Source: a virus
Lineage: Duplodnaviria; Caudoviricetes
DNA: 64,000 nt
Strand: one strand, 5' to 3'
IMG/VR virus record: IMGVR_UViG_2744054709_000002
Coordinates: 1 to 64,000 of that record
Shown here: positions 18,518 to 26,761 of the stretch, piece by piece
Layout: every line of letters begins with the position of its first letter
Position numbering within the stretch: position 1 is the stretch's first letter
Notes under the pieces: generated by a model
Database searches by the model: none
What the model was told of the DNA's origin: nothing
The model's input: the letters and a program-made list of their open reading frames with translations, nothing else
Made by a program: the position numbers and the translations under genes

Positions 18518-20197
18518 ATGAACGAAACCGTGCGACAGTTGGCCCTCGGCCTCGATACCCCGCCTGACGAACGTTTCGACGCGTCCGTGGAGATGCACAA
18601 GGCGTATCGCCCGCTGGCGTCCCAACTGATCCCGCCTGAAAACCTGCGCCCTGTGATTGACTACATCAACAATGGGTTGATGGACGCTGAGTTCTACAAG
18701 GCAACCCCGCGGCAGATCATCCGGCTGGGCGACGGCAATGACACGGGCGGCCGCATGCGGTCAGTGCGGCTGGACCCCCAGAAGATATTTTCCCAGGCGC
18801 GGTATTTTGAGAGGCCGTCCGCGCTGGATTTCACCGGACTGCGCGCGATCGTGGCGCAGACGCCGATCCTCAGCGCCATCGTGCGCCGGCGTGTGCGCCA
18901 GGTCAGTAGGTTTGCCCAGATCAGCGAGGATGGCGGCCTCGGGTTTGAAATCCGGCACAAGGATCGCAACCATCTGCTCAAGGGGACGGAGGCCGATGCC
19001 GCCGCGCATCTGGCGCGGTTTTTCCTCAACTGCGGCTGGGAGTTCAATCCACGCCGGCGCAAGCTGATGCACCGCGACAATTTCCGCCAGTTCATGGCCA
19101 AGTCGGTGCGGGATTCCCTGACGCTGGATTCATGCCCCATCGAGACGGAGATGCGTCGGAACGCTGAACTGGGGCTTGACGGGTTCTACGCCGTGGACGG
19201 TGCCACGATCCGGCTGTGTTCCGAGCAGCATTACGAGGGGGATGACCCGATTTATGCCCTGCAGGTCATCGATGGGCGCATCGGGACCACCTACACGATT
19301 GATCAGTTGATCTACGAGGTTCGCAATCCGCGCACCGACGTTGACACGGGTGGATACGGTGAGGCGGAGCCGGAGGTGATGATCAAGGTCATCACGGGCA
19401 TCCTGAACGCCATGTCCTACAACAATGCCGGGTTCGACGAAAATTCCATCCCCAAGGGCATCCTGCAGCTGATCGGCGATTACGGGCAGGAAGATATCGC
19501 GGCGTTCAAGCGATACTGGAACGCCATGGTCAAGGGGACGGCCAACACCTGGGCCCTTCCTGTCATGGTGGCGAAGGACGCGCAGAGCAAGGTCGCGTTC
19601 GAGAAGTTCGACACCGACTTCAACGAGATGCATTTCGCCAAATGGATGACGTTCCTGACATCCATCGCATGCGCGATCTACGGCATGGCACCGGACGAGA
19701 TCAATTTCGAGAGTTTCTCCGCGTCAAAGTCCTCCCTGTCTGGCAGCGATACGGAGGCCAAGCTGGAGAACGGGCAGGACACGGGGCTGCTGCCACTGCT
19801 TGCGTTCTATGAGGCTACGTTCAGCGATTTCATCGTGTCGGCCTTCAACGATGACTGGTGTTTCCGCTTCGTCGGGCTGGATAGCGAGGATGCCGGGGCC
19901 AAGGCGAAGGAAGACGAGTCTGTCATGACGGTCAACGAACTGCGTGGCCGCCGCGGTGACGCGCCCTTCCCTGACCCCGTGCTGGGCAACGCGCCGCTCA
20001 ATCCCAGCCTGATCCAGCCATGGATGGAACTGAACAAACAGCGGTTCGCAGGCGCAGGTACCGACGATGATCAGCGCCCGGGCGATCCCGGCCGTCCGTC
20101 CGATCCTCCTCCCGATGGTGACGCGGATACGCCTCTAGAAACCGATGATCCCGAGCCGGTCAGGAAATCCCTGGCCACTGTCTACACGGTCGAATAG
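18518..20197 (+). CDS. Portal protein
   Basis: Follows terL; RNPRTD...GYG, F.....PKGIL, ACAIYGMAPDEINF and TVNELR motifs. Confidence 0.92.
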   Translation: MNETVRQLALGLDTPPDERFDASVEMHKAYRPLASQLIPPENLRPVIDYINNGLMDAEFYKATPRQIIRLGDGNDTGGRMRSVRLDPQKIFSQARYFERPSALDFTGLRAIVAQTPILSAIVRRRVRQVSRFAQISEDGGLGFEIRHKDRNHLLKGTEADAAAHLARFFLNCGWEFNPRRRKLMHRDNFRQFMAKSVRDSLTLDSCPIETEMRRNAELGLDGFYAVDGATIRLCSEQHYEGDDPIYALQVIDGRIGTTYTIDQLIYEVRNPRTDVDTGGYGEAEPEVMIKVITGILNAMSYNNAGFDENSIPKGILQLIGDYGQEDIAAFKRYWNAMVKGTANTWALPVMVAKDAQSKVAFEKFDTDFNEMHFAKWMTFLTSIACAIYGMAPDEINFESFSASKSSLSGSDTEAKLENGQDTGLLPLLAFYEATFSDFIVSAFNDDWCFRFVGLDSEDAGAKAKEDESVMTVNELRGRRGDAPFPDPVLGNAPLNPSLIQPWMELNKQRFAGAGTDDDQRPGDPGRPSDPPPDGDADTPLETDDPEPVRKSLATVYTVE

Positions 20198-20221
20198 GCC
20201 CGATAACAGGACTTCCCGACG

Positions 20222-21400
20222 GTGAGAATTTACATCCTTCTAAAAGCCACGATCGCGAACCGGCCCGGCATGGCGCTGGTTTACGGGACGGATCGCCGCG
20301 GGCGGCGCATGCGGCGCTGGAAGCGGGTCGCCGCGCCGGATGCTCCCCCCGCCCATGTCCATGCCGCAGCCGAAAAGGAAGGTGGCGTGCATCGCTCCAT
20401 TCCGCCGGAACATTTCAACGCGGTGGATTTCGCAGCGCCCTATAACGATCATGCTGTGTCGTTGCCGGAGGTCTATCACGGATTTCCGGCCGATACGCAG
20501 GCCCGGCTGGATCAGTCTGCTGACGAACTTGCCAAGAAGCCGACGACGGTTGAACTGTTCTGCCATGACGGTGTCTACACGCCTGAGCGTGCAGCACTTC
20601 ATGAGAGGATACTGGCCGATTATACGTCGGCAGAGCGCCTATCCAAGGCTTTCCCTGCCGAAGGGGAAGCGCCGACCTTCATTTTCCTTGGCGGCCGTGG
20701 TGGTTCCGGGAAATCCGCGTTGCGGGGTATCGCATATGGCGACGACGCGCTTGTCATCGATGCAGACGGCATCAAGGCGCGCCTGCCTGGTTATGACGGG
20801 ACGAACGCACATCTCTATCATGAGGAATCGTCAGACATCGCAGAAGAATTGATGCGGCGTCTGAAGGCGATCAAAGCCAATATCGTTTATGATTCCACCA
20901 TGCGCACGACAGCCAGGGCTGTAGCCCTTGCAAAGTCGATGAAAGCGGATCATTATCGGCTGGAAGTGCATTACATGTTTCTGCCGCGGCTTGATGCAGC
21001 ACGTCGCGCCGTGAGCAGATATATCGAAGACGGGCGGCTGGTCCCTCCTTCCGTGGTGCTCGGAAACCTGACAAACGAAGCAAGTTTTGATGCCGTGAAA
21101 GACCTGGCGGACAGCTGGTCATTTCGCAGCAATCTGGTGGCGCGGGGCAGTCCGCCTGCCCTGATATCGGAGAAGAAAGATGACCGTACTGAAAAATCCC
21201 GAAACGTGGGATTATCCGGACACGGTGGACATAGCCAGGGAGAGCCGCGTGAAGCTGTCTCCGGAGGCAGAGACGGCCTGGGAGGAACGCGTCAGGAAGG
21301 CGCGGCAGATGCGGGCGGAAGCCGACGCGACCGCCTCACGAAAGGACTGATCCCTTCAGCCCGTATTCTGGTGCTGCTTCCTGACTGTCGGCGTGCATGA
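20222..21400 (+). CDS. Zeta-toxin family P-loop kinase
   Basis: FLGGRGGSGKS, IDADGIK..LP.Y, HEESS, VYDST and R...GRLVP motifs. Confidence 0.88.
   Translation: MRIYILLKATIANRPGMALVYGTDRRGRRMRRWKRVAAPDAPPAHVHAAAEKEGGVHRSIPPEHFNAVDFAAPYNDHAVSLPEVYHGFPADTQARLDQSADELAKKPTTVELFCHDGVYTPERAALHERILADYTSAERLSKAFPAEGEAPTFIFLGGRGGSGKSALRGIAYGDDALVIDADGIKARLPGYDGTNAHLYHEESSDIAEELMRRLKAIKANIVYDSTMRTTARAVALAKSMKADHYRLEVHYMFLPRLDAARRAVSRYIEDGRLVPPSVVLGNLTNEASFDAVKDLADSWSFRSNLVARGSPPALISEKKDDRTEKSRNVGLSGHGGHSQGEPREAVSGGRDGLGGTRQEGAADAGGSRRDRLTKGLIPSARILVLLPDCRRA
21180..21350 (+). CDS. Nested 56-aa protein overprinted on the zeta C-terminus (candidate antitoxin)
   Basis: GGAG RBS then ATG; MTVLKNPETWDYPD...ASRKD; the zeta frame is low-complexity over the same span. 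Confidence 0.6.
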   Translation: MTVLKNPETWDYPDTVDIARESRVKLSPEAETAWEERVRKARQMRAEADATASRKD

Positions 21401-22608
21401 CCAGGCGCGCGGAAATTCTGGTCGATATTGGAGGTATAGCGTCATGCCAGTGCGATGATGCGCTGGAAAGCCTGTTCAAGGCCGCGACGGAAACGCCAGC
21501 CCGGAACCCCACCATGCTGTGGGATGACGTTCCCAATCCGATCATCCGCAGGCTGGTCGAACTGTTCACCCAGAAATATCAGGCGGTCCTGAAGCAACTG
21601 CAGGACCGCTTTGGCCAGATCCTTACCGGGAAGGGCACAGGCTCGCTCCAGAAGGCGCTATCCCCTGGATGGGGACGGTGGACGCCTGAACAGGAGCAGG
21701 AGGCCCGGGCGCATCTGGAGCGGCATCCTCCCGAAGATTATACCCTTGATGACTGGATGCTGCTGGTCGAGCTGCTGATGCAGGAATACCTGCCGCATGA
21801 CGTGGCGGTGGACTGGGGGGACTGGCTGACGGTACGGGCTACGCTCGCGGGAAAGGCGCAGGCTGCGTTCGAGGCGCGGGGCATCCGGGATGCCGAGAGC
21901 ATCGCGAAAATGGCGGAATACATGCCCACGGGGTTCGGGGCGGTTCCGCGCAAGATCCTCACGCCAGTCGAGATGAAGACCATCGAGATTGCGCGGGCAC
22001 GCGCGGCCGAGAACATCTCCGCCGTCACCGACGTGGCGCGCCACAAGATGAAGAACCTGATCATCCAGCACATGGAAGCGCAGATGTTCGGGATGAAGCA
22101 GGGTCAGTTCACCGCACTGCGGCAGAGCCTTTTTGATGCGTTCGGGGAACTGAACCGAGATTTCCGGCGCATTGCAGTGACCGAGGCGGGGGAGGCCTGC
22201 AACCAGGGCCTGATCGCCACCCTCTCGCCCGGGCAGCGGGTCAAGCGCGTGGAAGCTTATCGCGGCGCGTGCGCGTTCTGCAAATCGATCAACGGGAAAA
22301 TCTTTACCGTCGTTGCGCCCGACGCGCCGGAGCAGAATGGCCAGACGCAGGTCTGGGTCGGGAAAACCAATATCGGGCGCTCTGCCGCTTCGCGGCGTCG
22401 CACTGACGAAGGGCTGATGCCCCGCAGCGAAAACGAGATGTGGTGGCCAGCCGCCGGCGTCCAGCACCCGAACTGCCGGGGCAGCTGGGTCACGGTTACG
22501 GATCCGGGACCTGATGTTTCCCCTGAATTCGTCAACTGGATGGACGGAATCCTGCGCAAGCATAGTCTCAAGCCAGTCGGCAGACCAAGCGGGCAGCAAC
22601 CAACGTAG
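21397..22608 (+). CDS. Head morphogenesis protein (MuF/SPP1 gp7-like)
   Basis: RRIAVTE, CxxC...NG and HPNCR motifs; position after the portal. Confidence 0.85.
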   Translation: MTRRAEILVDIGGIASCQCDDALESLFKAATETPARNPTMLWDDVPNPIIRRLVELFTQKYQAVLKQLQDRFGQILTGKGTGSLQKALSPGWGRWTPEQEQEARAHLERHPPEDYTLDDWMLLVELLMQEYLPHDVAVDWGDWLTVRATLAGKAQAAFEARGIRDAESIAKMAEYMPTGFGAVPRKILTPVEMKTIEIARARAAENISAVTDVARHKMKNLIIQHMEAQMFGMKQGQFTALRQSLFDAFGELNRDFRRIAVTEAGEACNQGLIATLSPGQRVKRVEAYRGACAFCKSINGKIFTVVAPDAPEQNGQTQVWVGKTNIGRSAASRRRTDEGLMPRSENEMWWPAAGVQHPNCRGSWVTVTDPGPDVSPEFVNWMDGILRKHSLKPVGRPSGQQPT

Positions 22609-22613
22609 CCAGA

Positions 22614-22631
22614 TTGCATGCATGCATGCAA
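22614..22631. repeat. Palindromic (TGCA)n array
   Basis: TTGCATGCATGCATGCAA; 22608-22631 is identical to 59504-59527. Confidence 0.9.
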
Positions 22632-22643
22632 AACACGCGTCTG

Positions 22644-22658
22644 TCGTGACGGCATGAT
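22644..22658 (+). promoter_or_regulatory. Late-promoter box (TCGTGAcggCATGAT)
   Basis: Conserved motif. Confidence 0.7.
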
Positions 22659-22685
22659 GGGACATCATCATGCAGCGGAGCGATT

Positions 22686-23045
22686 ATGCGCGGTTTTCTG
22701 ACTTTCCTTGCGGTTCTGGCCTGCCCTGTGCTTGCCCTGGCGGCGAGCGTGGGGCCGTCCAGTCCCATGATGCCCGAGGCTCCGGCGATCATGGCCGCAG
22801 CCACGTGGCAGGAGATTTTCCCGGCTGGCACCCAAAATCATGGCGGCGTGTTCCAGAACACCTCTGCGGCGGTGGAGTATATCTGTCTGACGGGATGCGC
22901 GGGGGGCGATCTTGGTTCCACAGCGATTGCCGTCTATCCGGCATCGGCGACGAACCCCGGCATATTCCGGTGGGGGCCAGTCAGCGGCCCCATTACGGTC
23001 TATGGCGCGAAAGCAGGCCAGACCTACAGCGCGTTTGGAGGCTGA
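22686..23045 (+). CDS. Signal-peptide-bearing hypothetical protein
   Basis: GGAG RBS; MRGFLTFLAVLACPVLALA signal-like N-terminus; beta-rich body. Confidence 0.7.
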   Translation: MRGFLTFLAVLACPVLALAASVGPSSPMMPEAPAIMAAATWQEIFPAGTQNHGGVFQNTSAAVEYICLTGCAGGDLGSTAIAVYPASATNPGIFRWGPVSGPITVYGAKAGQTYSAFGG

Positions 23046-23090
23046 CATGCATGCTTGCAAGCAAATCGGCAAGCGCCGAGGCATTCTGCC

Positions 23091-23642
23091 ATGCTGATCC
23101 TCCTCAAAGCCATGCCGCAGCATCCCCTGTCATGCTTCCATGAACCCACGGAGGGGCAGAAGCGGGCCGGAAATTATCGTAAGACAAAAACCGATTTCGG
23201 AGGCTTGCCGATCACCATCGAGAACGAGGCCGGAAGTGTCCGGCGCGGTCGCGATCATGGCGGTAAGGAATGGGCCACCACCATGACGTGCCATTACGGA
23301 TATATCCGGGGCACCGTGGGGGCGGACGGCGACCATTATGACGTGTTCATCGGCCCGGACGAAAAGTCACGGCGTGTCTGGATCATCCAGACCATGGCGC
23401 CGCCTGATTTTCGCAAGAAGGACGAGGAAAAGGCGATGCTCGGCTTTGGCAGCGAAAGCGAGGCCCGGGCCAGCTTCCTGCGTCATTACGACAATCCTGC
23501 CTTCCTGGGGGCAATCCGCGAGATGCCGTTCGACATCTTCAAGCGACAGGTCATGGCGACCAAGGAGAACGGAGGAAAACTGCGGGGTCCGAAACCGGTG
23601 AGAAAATGCTTTATCGTGCTTGGGCGTGAGAGCCCGGCATGA
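23091..23642 (+). CDS. Inorganic pyrophosphatase-like domain protein (phage polyvalent-protein type)
   Basis: GNY.K, ITIEN..GS.R.G, HYGYIRGTVGADGDHYDVFIG and DEEK.MLGF motifs. Confidence 0.85.
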   Translation: MLILLKAMPQHPLSCFHEPTEGQKRAGNYRKTKTDFGGLPITIENEAGSVRRGRDHGGKEWATTMTCHYGYIRGTVGADGDHYDVFIGPDEKSRRVWIIQTMAPPDFRKKDEEKAMLGFGSESEARASFLRHYDNPAFLGAIREMPFDIFKRQVMATKENGGKLRGPKPVRKCFIVLGRESPA

Positions 23643-23834
23643 TTGCGCCGCGTCATAGAATGTGGCGCGCACTGATCTGGCTGCTGGTCCGCGAGGAACG
23701 CGCACGGACACGGGCATGGGCCGCGATCATAGAGGCGTCCCGTCGCCAGCGGCGCCCGGGTCGTAAAAAATAGGGGGCTGGCAGGCTGTCTGGTATGTTG
23801 ACCAGACCGGCGACGACCACTACCTATTACGATC

Positions 23835-23852
23835 ATCGTGGTATCACGGACC
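23835..23852 (+). promoter_or_regulatory. Orphan iteron upstream of the Panacea TA operon
   Basis: ATCGTGGTATCACGGACC matches the 13990 iteron at 16 of 18 nt. Confidence 0.65.
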
Positions 23853-23889
23853 ATCTCCGTCGCCGCGTATCAAGACTGGGGGCACGGTT

Positions 23890-24333
23890 ATGCTGAGCGC
23901 GAGGCAGGTCGCTGATTATTTTCTGACGTTGGCGGATCCAGACGTTGGGGATGAGATTTCCAATCTGAAGCTCCAGAAGCTCTGCTATTACGCGCAGGGG
24001 TTCAGCCTGGCTTTGAACGACACGCCCCTGTTTATGGAGCCGATTGTCGCTTGGCAGCATGGCCCCGTGGTGGAATCAATTTACCATGCGTTCAAGATAT
24101 ATGGGTCACAAGGGATTCCATGTCCTGTGGGGCTGGATTTCTCGGTATATGACGAGGATGACCGGGAACTGCTGAACGAAGTCTATGACGAGTATGGGCA
24201 GTTTTCCGCGTGGAAACTGCGCAATATGACGCATGAGGAAGCGCCGTGGCGCAACGCTGACAAGAGCGGTGCAAATAACGTGATCTCCCAGTCAGCTATG
24301 AAAAAATTCTTCAAGAGGCGGCTGAAGGACTAG
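23890..24333 (+). CDS. Panacea (DUF4065/SocA/GepA-like) antitoxin
   Basis: ISNLKLQKLCYYAQ, LF.E.I.AW.HGPVV and L..MTH.E.PW motifs. Confidence 0.93.
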   Translation: MLSARQVADYFLTLADPDVGDEISNLKLQKLCYYAQGFSLALNDTPLFMEPIVAWQHGPVVESIYHAFKIYGSQGIPCPVGLDFSVYDEDDRELLNEVYDEYGQFSAWKLRNMTHEEAPWRNADKSGANNVISQSAMKKFFKRRLKD

Positions 24334-24337
24334 CGTC

Positions 24338-24766
24338 CTGTCGGCCAAGAAAAACAAAAAGCGTATCGCCAGTGCCCCAGCGCGGACATCGGGAAGAATT
24401 GCTGCGCCGCAGTCATCAAGCGGCAGTACTGATCACCTGAAGCCCCATTTCAGTCTGGAAAACCTGCAGCCATCGCATGATATCGAATGCTGCGAGGAGA
24501 ATGAGCGGGCAAGGTTCGCTGTGGCAATCGCCAAACGCTCCAAATTAACGTGGAACGAACTGCGCGCATCCGGTCGTCACGGACTTGGATACGAGAAGAT
24601 CGGCCGATCATCCATGAAGGTGGCTATTCCGCCATTCATCACTGAAGAAACGCCAATAATCGCTTTTCGATGTGCGGGGATGGCGCCGATGGTCGGTTAT
24701 CGGGGCGGCCGGGTTTTCTATGTCGTCTGGATTGACCGCGCGTTTGATGTGTACGATCATGGATAA
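24338..24766 (+). CDS. Putative cognate toxin (PanT-type, RNase-like), probable CTG start
   Basis: Frame open from 24326; AAGGA 8 nt before CTG; LTW, GYEKI, FR....MVGYR....FYVVWID....VYDH. Confidence 0.75.
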   Translation: MSAKKNKKRIASAPARTSGRIAAPQSSSGSTDHLKPHFSLENLQPSHDIECCEENERARFAVAIAKRSKLTWNELRASGRHGLGYEKIGRSSMKVAIPPFITEETPIIAFRCAGMAPMVGYRGGRVFYVVWIDRAFDVYDHG

Positions 24767-24799
24767 TTCGGAAACAATAATGACATATGGTGATATCTA

Positions 24800-25051
24800 A
24801 TGACAGAAGTTCCCGTTTGTAAAAAACGCGTTGAAGACGCCTGCATTGCAGCACTCCAAAACAGTGATGCTGATTTGTTAGTTATTTTTAATAGACTGCA
24901 AAAAATTTCAGGAATCGAAGAAATAGGACCCAAAAGAAAGGAAATAGAAATTTTATTGTTAAAAGCGCAATTATGTGAAGGAAATATAATGAATATTTCA
25001 GATCACGATTTTCGTCTCATTGCGAGTGAATTGGAAAAGGAAAAAAATTAA
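24800..25051 (+). CDS. AT-rich hypothetical protein (moron)
   Basis: 83-aa ORF spanning a low-GC island. Confidence 0.55.
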   Translation: MTEVPVCKKRVEDACIAALQNSDADLLVIFNRLQKISGIEEIGPKRKEIEILLLKAQLCEGNIMNISDHDFRLIASELEKEKN

Positions 25052-25097
25052 TTCTATAAGAGTAGGACGCGCCGGACAGTTGGACAGGAGCGCCCGA

Positions 25098-25793
25098 ATG
25101 GATGTCTGGGTCGGAAAATCGAACATCGGTCGCGCGCCCGAAAAGGCGCTGACACGTGCCGAGATGAAAACCATCGAAATGGCCGAGGTCTTCGGCATGC
25201 GTAGCGTGGAGGACGTGTCCGGTGCGGACAGGGCGCAGATGAAGGCGCTCCTGGTGGAGCACGTCAAGGCGGATGCCTTCGGGATGAAGCAGGGCACGCA
25301 TCGGGCATTGGCGTCCGCCCTGTTCGCGGAGTTCGCGGTCCTGAATCTGGATTTCGAGGAAATCGCTGCGACGGAAATGGGAGAGGCGCGCAATCAGGGC
25401 ATGATCGCGGCGCAGGAGCCGGGAGCACATGTACGATGGCGTGACGCCTGCGACGGCTGTCCCAGCTGCACGGCGCTCAATGGCAAGACATTCAGGGTCG
25501 TCGCGCCGGATAGCCCGGACAGGAATGCCCGGACGGATGTCTGGGTAGGGAAATCTAATATCGGTTGCGTGCCCGGCCCGGGATATGGTCCAGACGATGA
25601 AGGATACGATCAGGCGTGGGCGCAGCCGCACTGGTTCCCGGCCGCAGGGCTGCAGCATGTGGGGTGCCGGGGCAACTGGTCAGCGATCCCCAAAGCCGAC
25701 CCGCGCGTATCGCCGGAGTTCGTGGAATGGATGGATGAGATCCTGCGCAAGCATCATCTGAAGCCGACAAGCCCGCGCAAGATTGAGGAATAA
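25098..25793 (+). CDS. Truncated paralogue of the MuF-like head protein
   Basis: Shares EMKTIE, FGMKQG, VWVGK.NIG, PAAG.QH..CRG.W and VSPEFV.WMD.ILRKH with 21397-22608; AGGAG RBS before ATG 25098. Confidence 0.75.
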   Translation: MDVWVGKSNIGRAPEKALTRAEMKTIEMAEVFGMRSVEDVSGADRAQMKALLVEHVKADAFGMKQGTHRALASALFAEFAVLNLDFEEIAATEMGEARNQGMIAAQEPGAHVRWRDACDGCPSCTALNGKTFRVVAPDSPDRNARTDVWVGKSNIGCVPGPGYGPDDEGYDQAWAQPHWFPAAGLQHVGCRGNWSAIPKADPRVSPEFVEWMDEILRKHHLKPTSPRKIEE

Positions 25794-25825
25794 TCTGGCT
25801 GCCTCAGTTCCAATACCGCCTGAGA

Positions 25826-26353
25826 TCAGGCAGCGATGGCCTGGGGAACCGTATCCCACTCGTCCAGTTGTGTGACCTCAGCGGGTAGGGCGCGCCGGAC
25901 CATCCGGATCCGTGGAGCGGTCTGGCTGGCACGTGGCTTGAGCGGGGAAAGCGATGTCACGGTTTTCGGGTCCACGCTGAAATGCGGGAAACGGTCACGT
26001 AGCGTGGTCACCACCACCATGCGCAGCTGCTTGTCAGCCCACTGGCCGACTTCCTGCTTGCCATTCTCCCAACGGGAATAGGTGGCCGGGTTCATCATCA
26101 GGATCTTTGCCATATCCCCCGAAGACAGGTCCAGCACGTCGCGCAGGAACCGGATCTCCAGCGGCAGAAGGCCGGTCGGGATCAGGACACGCGCCATCGC
26201 CACGGCGGCCGCAAGCCCTTCCATGTCGGGCACGGAAACTCCGATCACTTCCCCGGTGGTTTCGTCAATTTCCTCTTCCGCGGCGTCAATCAGCGTCACC
26301 GCGTAAGGCAGCCCCAGGCCGTCTTCCTCGTACGAGGGCAGTGTTCTGAACAT
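25826..26353 (-). CDS. HTH antitoxin (MqsA/HigA-like)
   Basis: EIRFLR..L.LS...MA........YSRWENGK HTH; lies downstream of the toxin gene. Confidence 0.82.
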   Translation of the reverse strand: MFRTLPSYEEDGLGLPYAVTLIDAAEEEIDETTGEVIGVSVPDMEGLAAAVAMARVLIPTGLLPLEIRFLRDVLDLSSGDMAKILMMNPATYSRWENGKQEVGQWADKQLRMVVVTTLRDRFPHFSVDPKTVTSLSPLKPRASQTAPRIRMVRRALPAEVTQLDEWDTVPQAIAA

Positions 26354-26365
26354 GAATTCTTCCTT

Positions 26366-26665
26366 TCAGCGGAGCGCCATGACCGTGATGATACGAATGA
26401 TACAGACGTCATCTTTCAAAGTGACAACCACGCCTATCCGGCGACCGTCATTGTCGGTCCCGACCACGCGCCAGGTTTCATCACCGTCCAGTGGTGCTTC
26501 GATTTGATCAATGTTGCCGCGACGGAGCACGCGCTCAGCAATCAGCTTGGAGATATGGCGTTCCCGTGAACGCTGTGTCGCATGGTGCGTCCATACGATC
26601 CTTGCCCCTTGCGTGATAGCGTTCTGCAATCTGCGACGTTCTGCATCGTGCGGCACCGTTATCAA
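26366..26665 (-). CDS. DUF4258-like RNase toxin
   Basis: WT.HA..R..ER.I, WRVVG.D.DGR.I.VVV and IITV motifs. Confidence 0.82.
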   Translation of the reverse strand: MITVPHDAERRRLQNAITQGARIVWTHHATQRSRERHISKLIAERVLRRGNIDQIEAPLDGDETWRVVGTDNDGRRIGVVVTLKDDVCIIRIITVMALR

Positions 26666-26691
26666 GTCCTCGTCGTGAAAATAGGTATTTT

Positions 26692-26706
26692 TTGACGTAC
26701 CGTCAA
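26692..26706. promoter_or_regulatory. Palindrome TTGACG-tac-CGTCAA (TA operator overlapping a -35 hexamer)
   Basis: Inverted repeat about 27 nt upstream of the toxin start. Confidence 0.55.
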
Positions 26707-26761
26707 GTGGGGTAGCTTCACTCGTGAGTGTCCGCCTGTACGCATCCCCGTTCGTCGGTAT

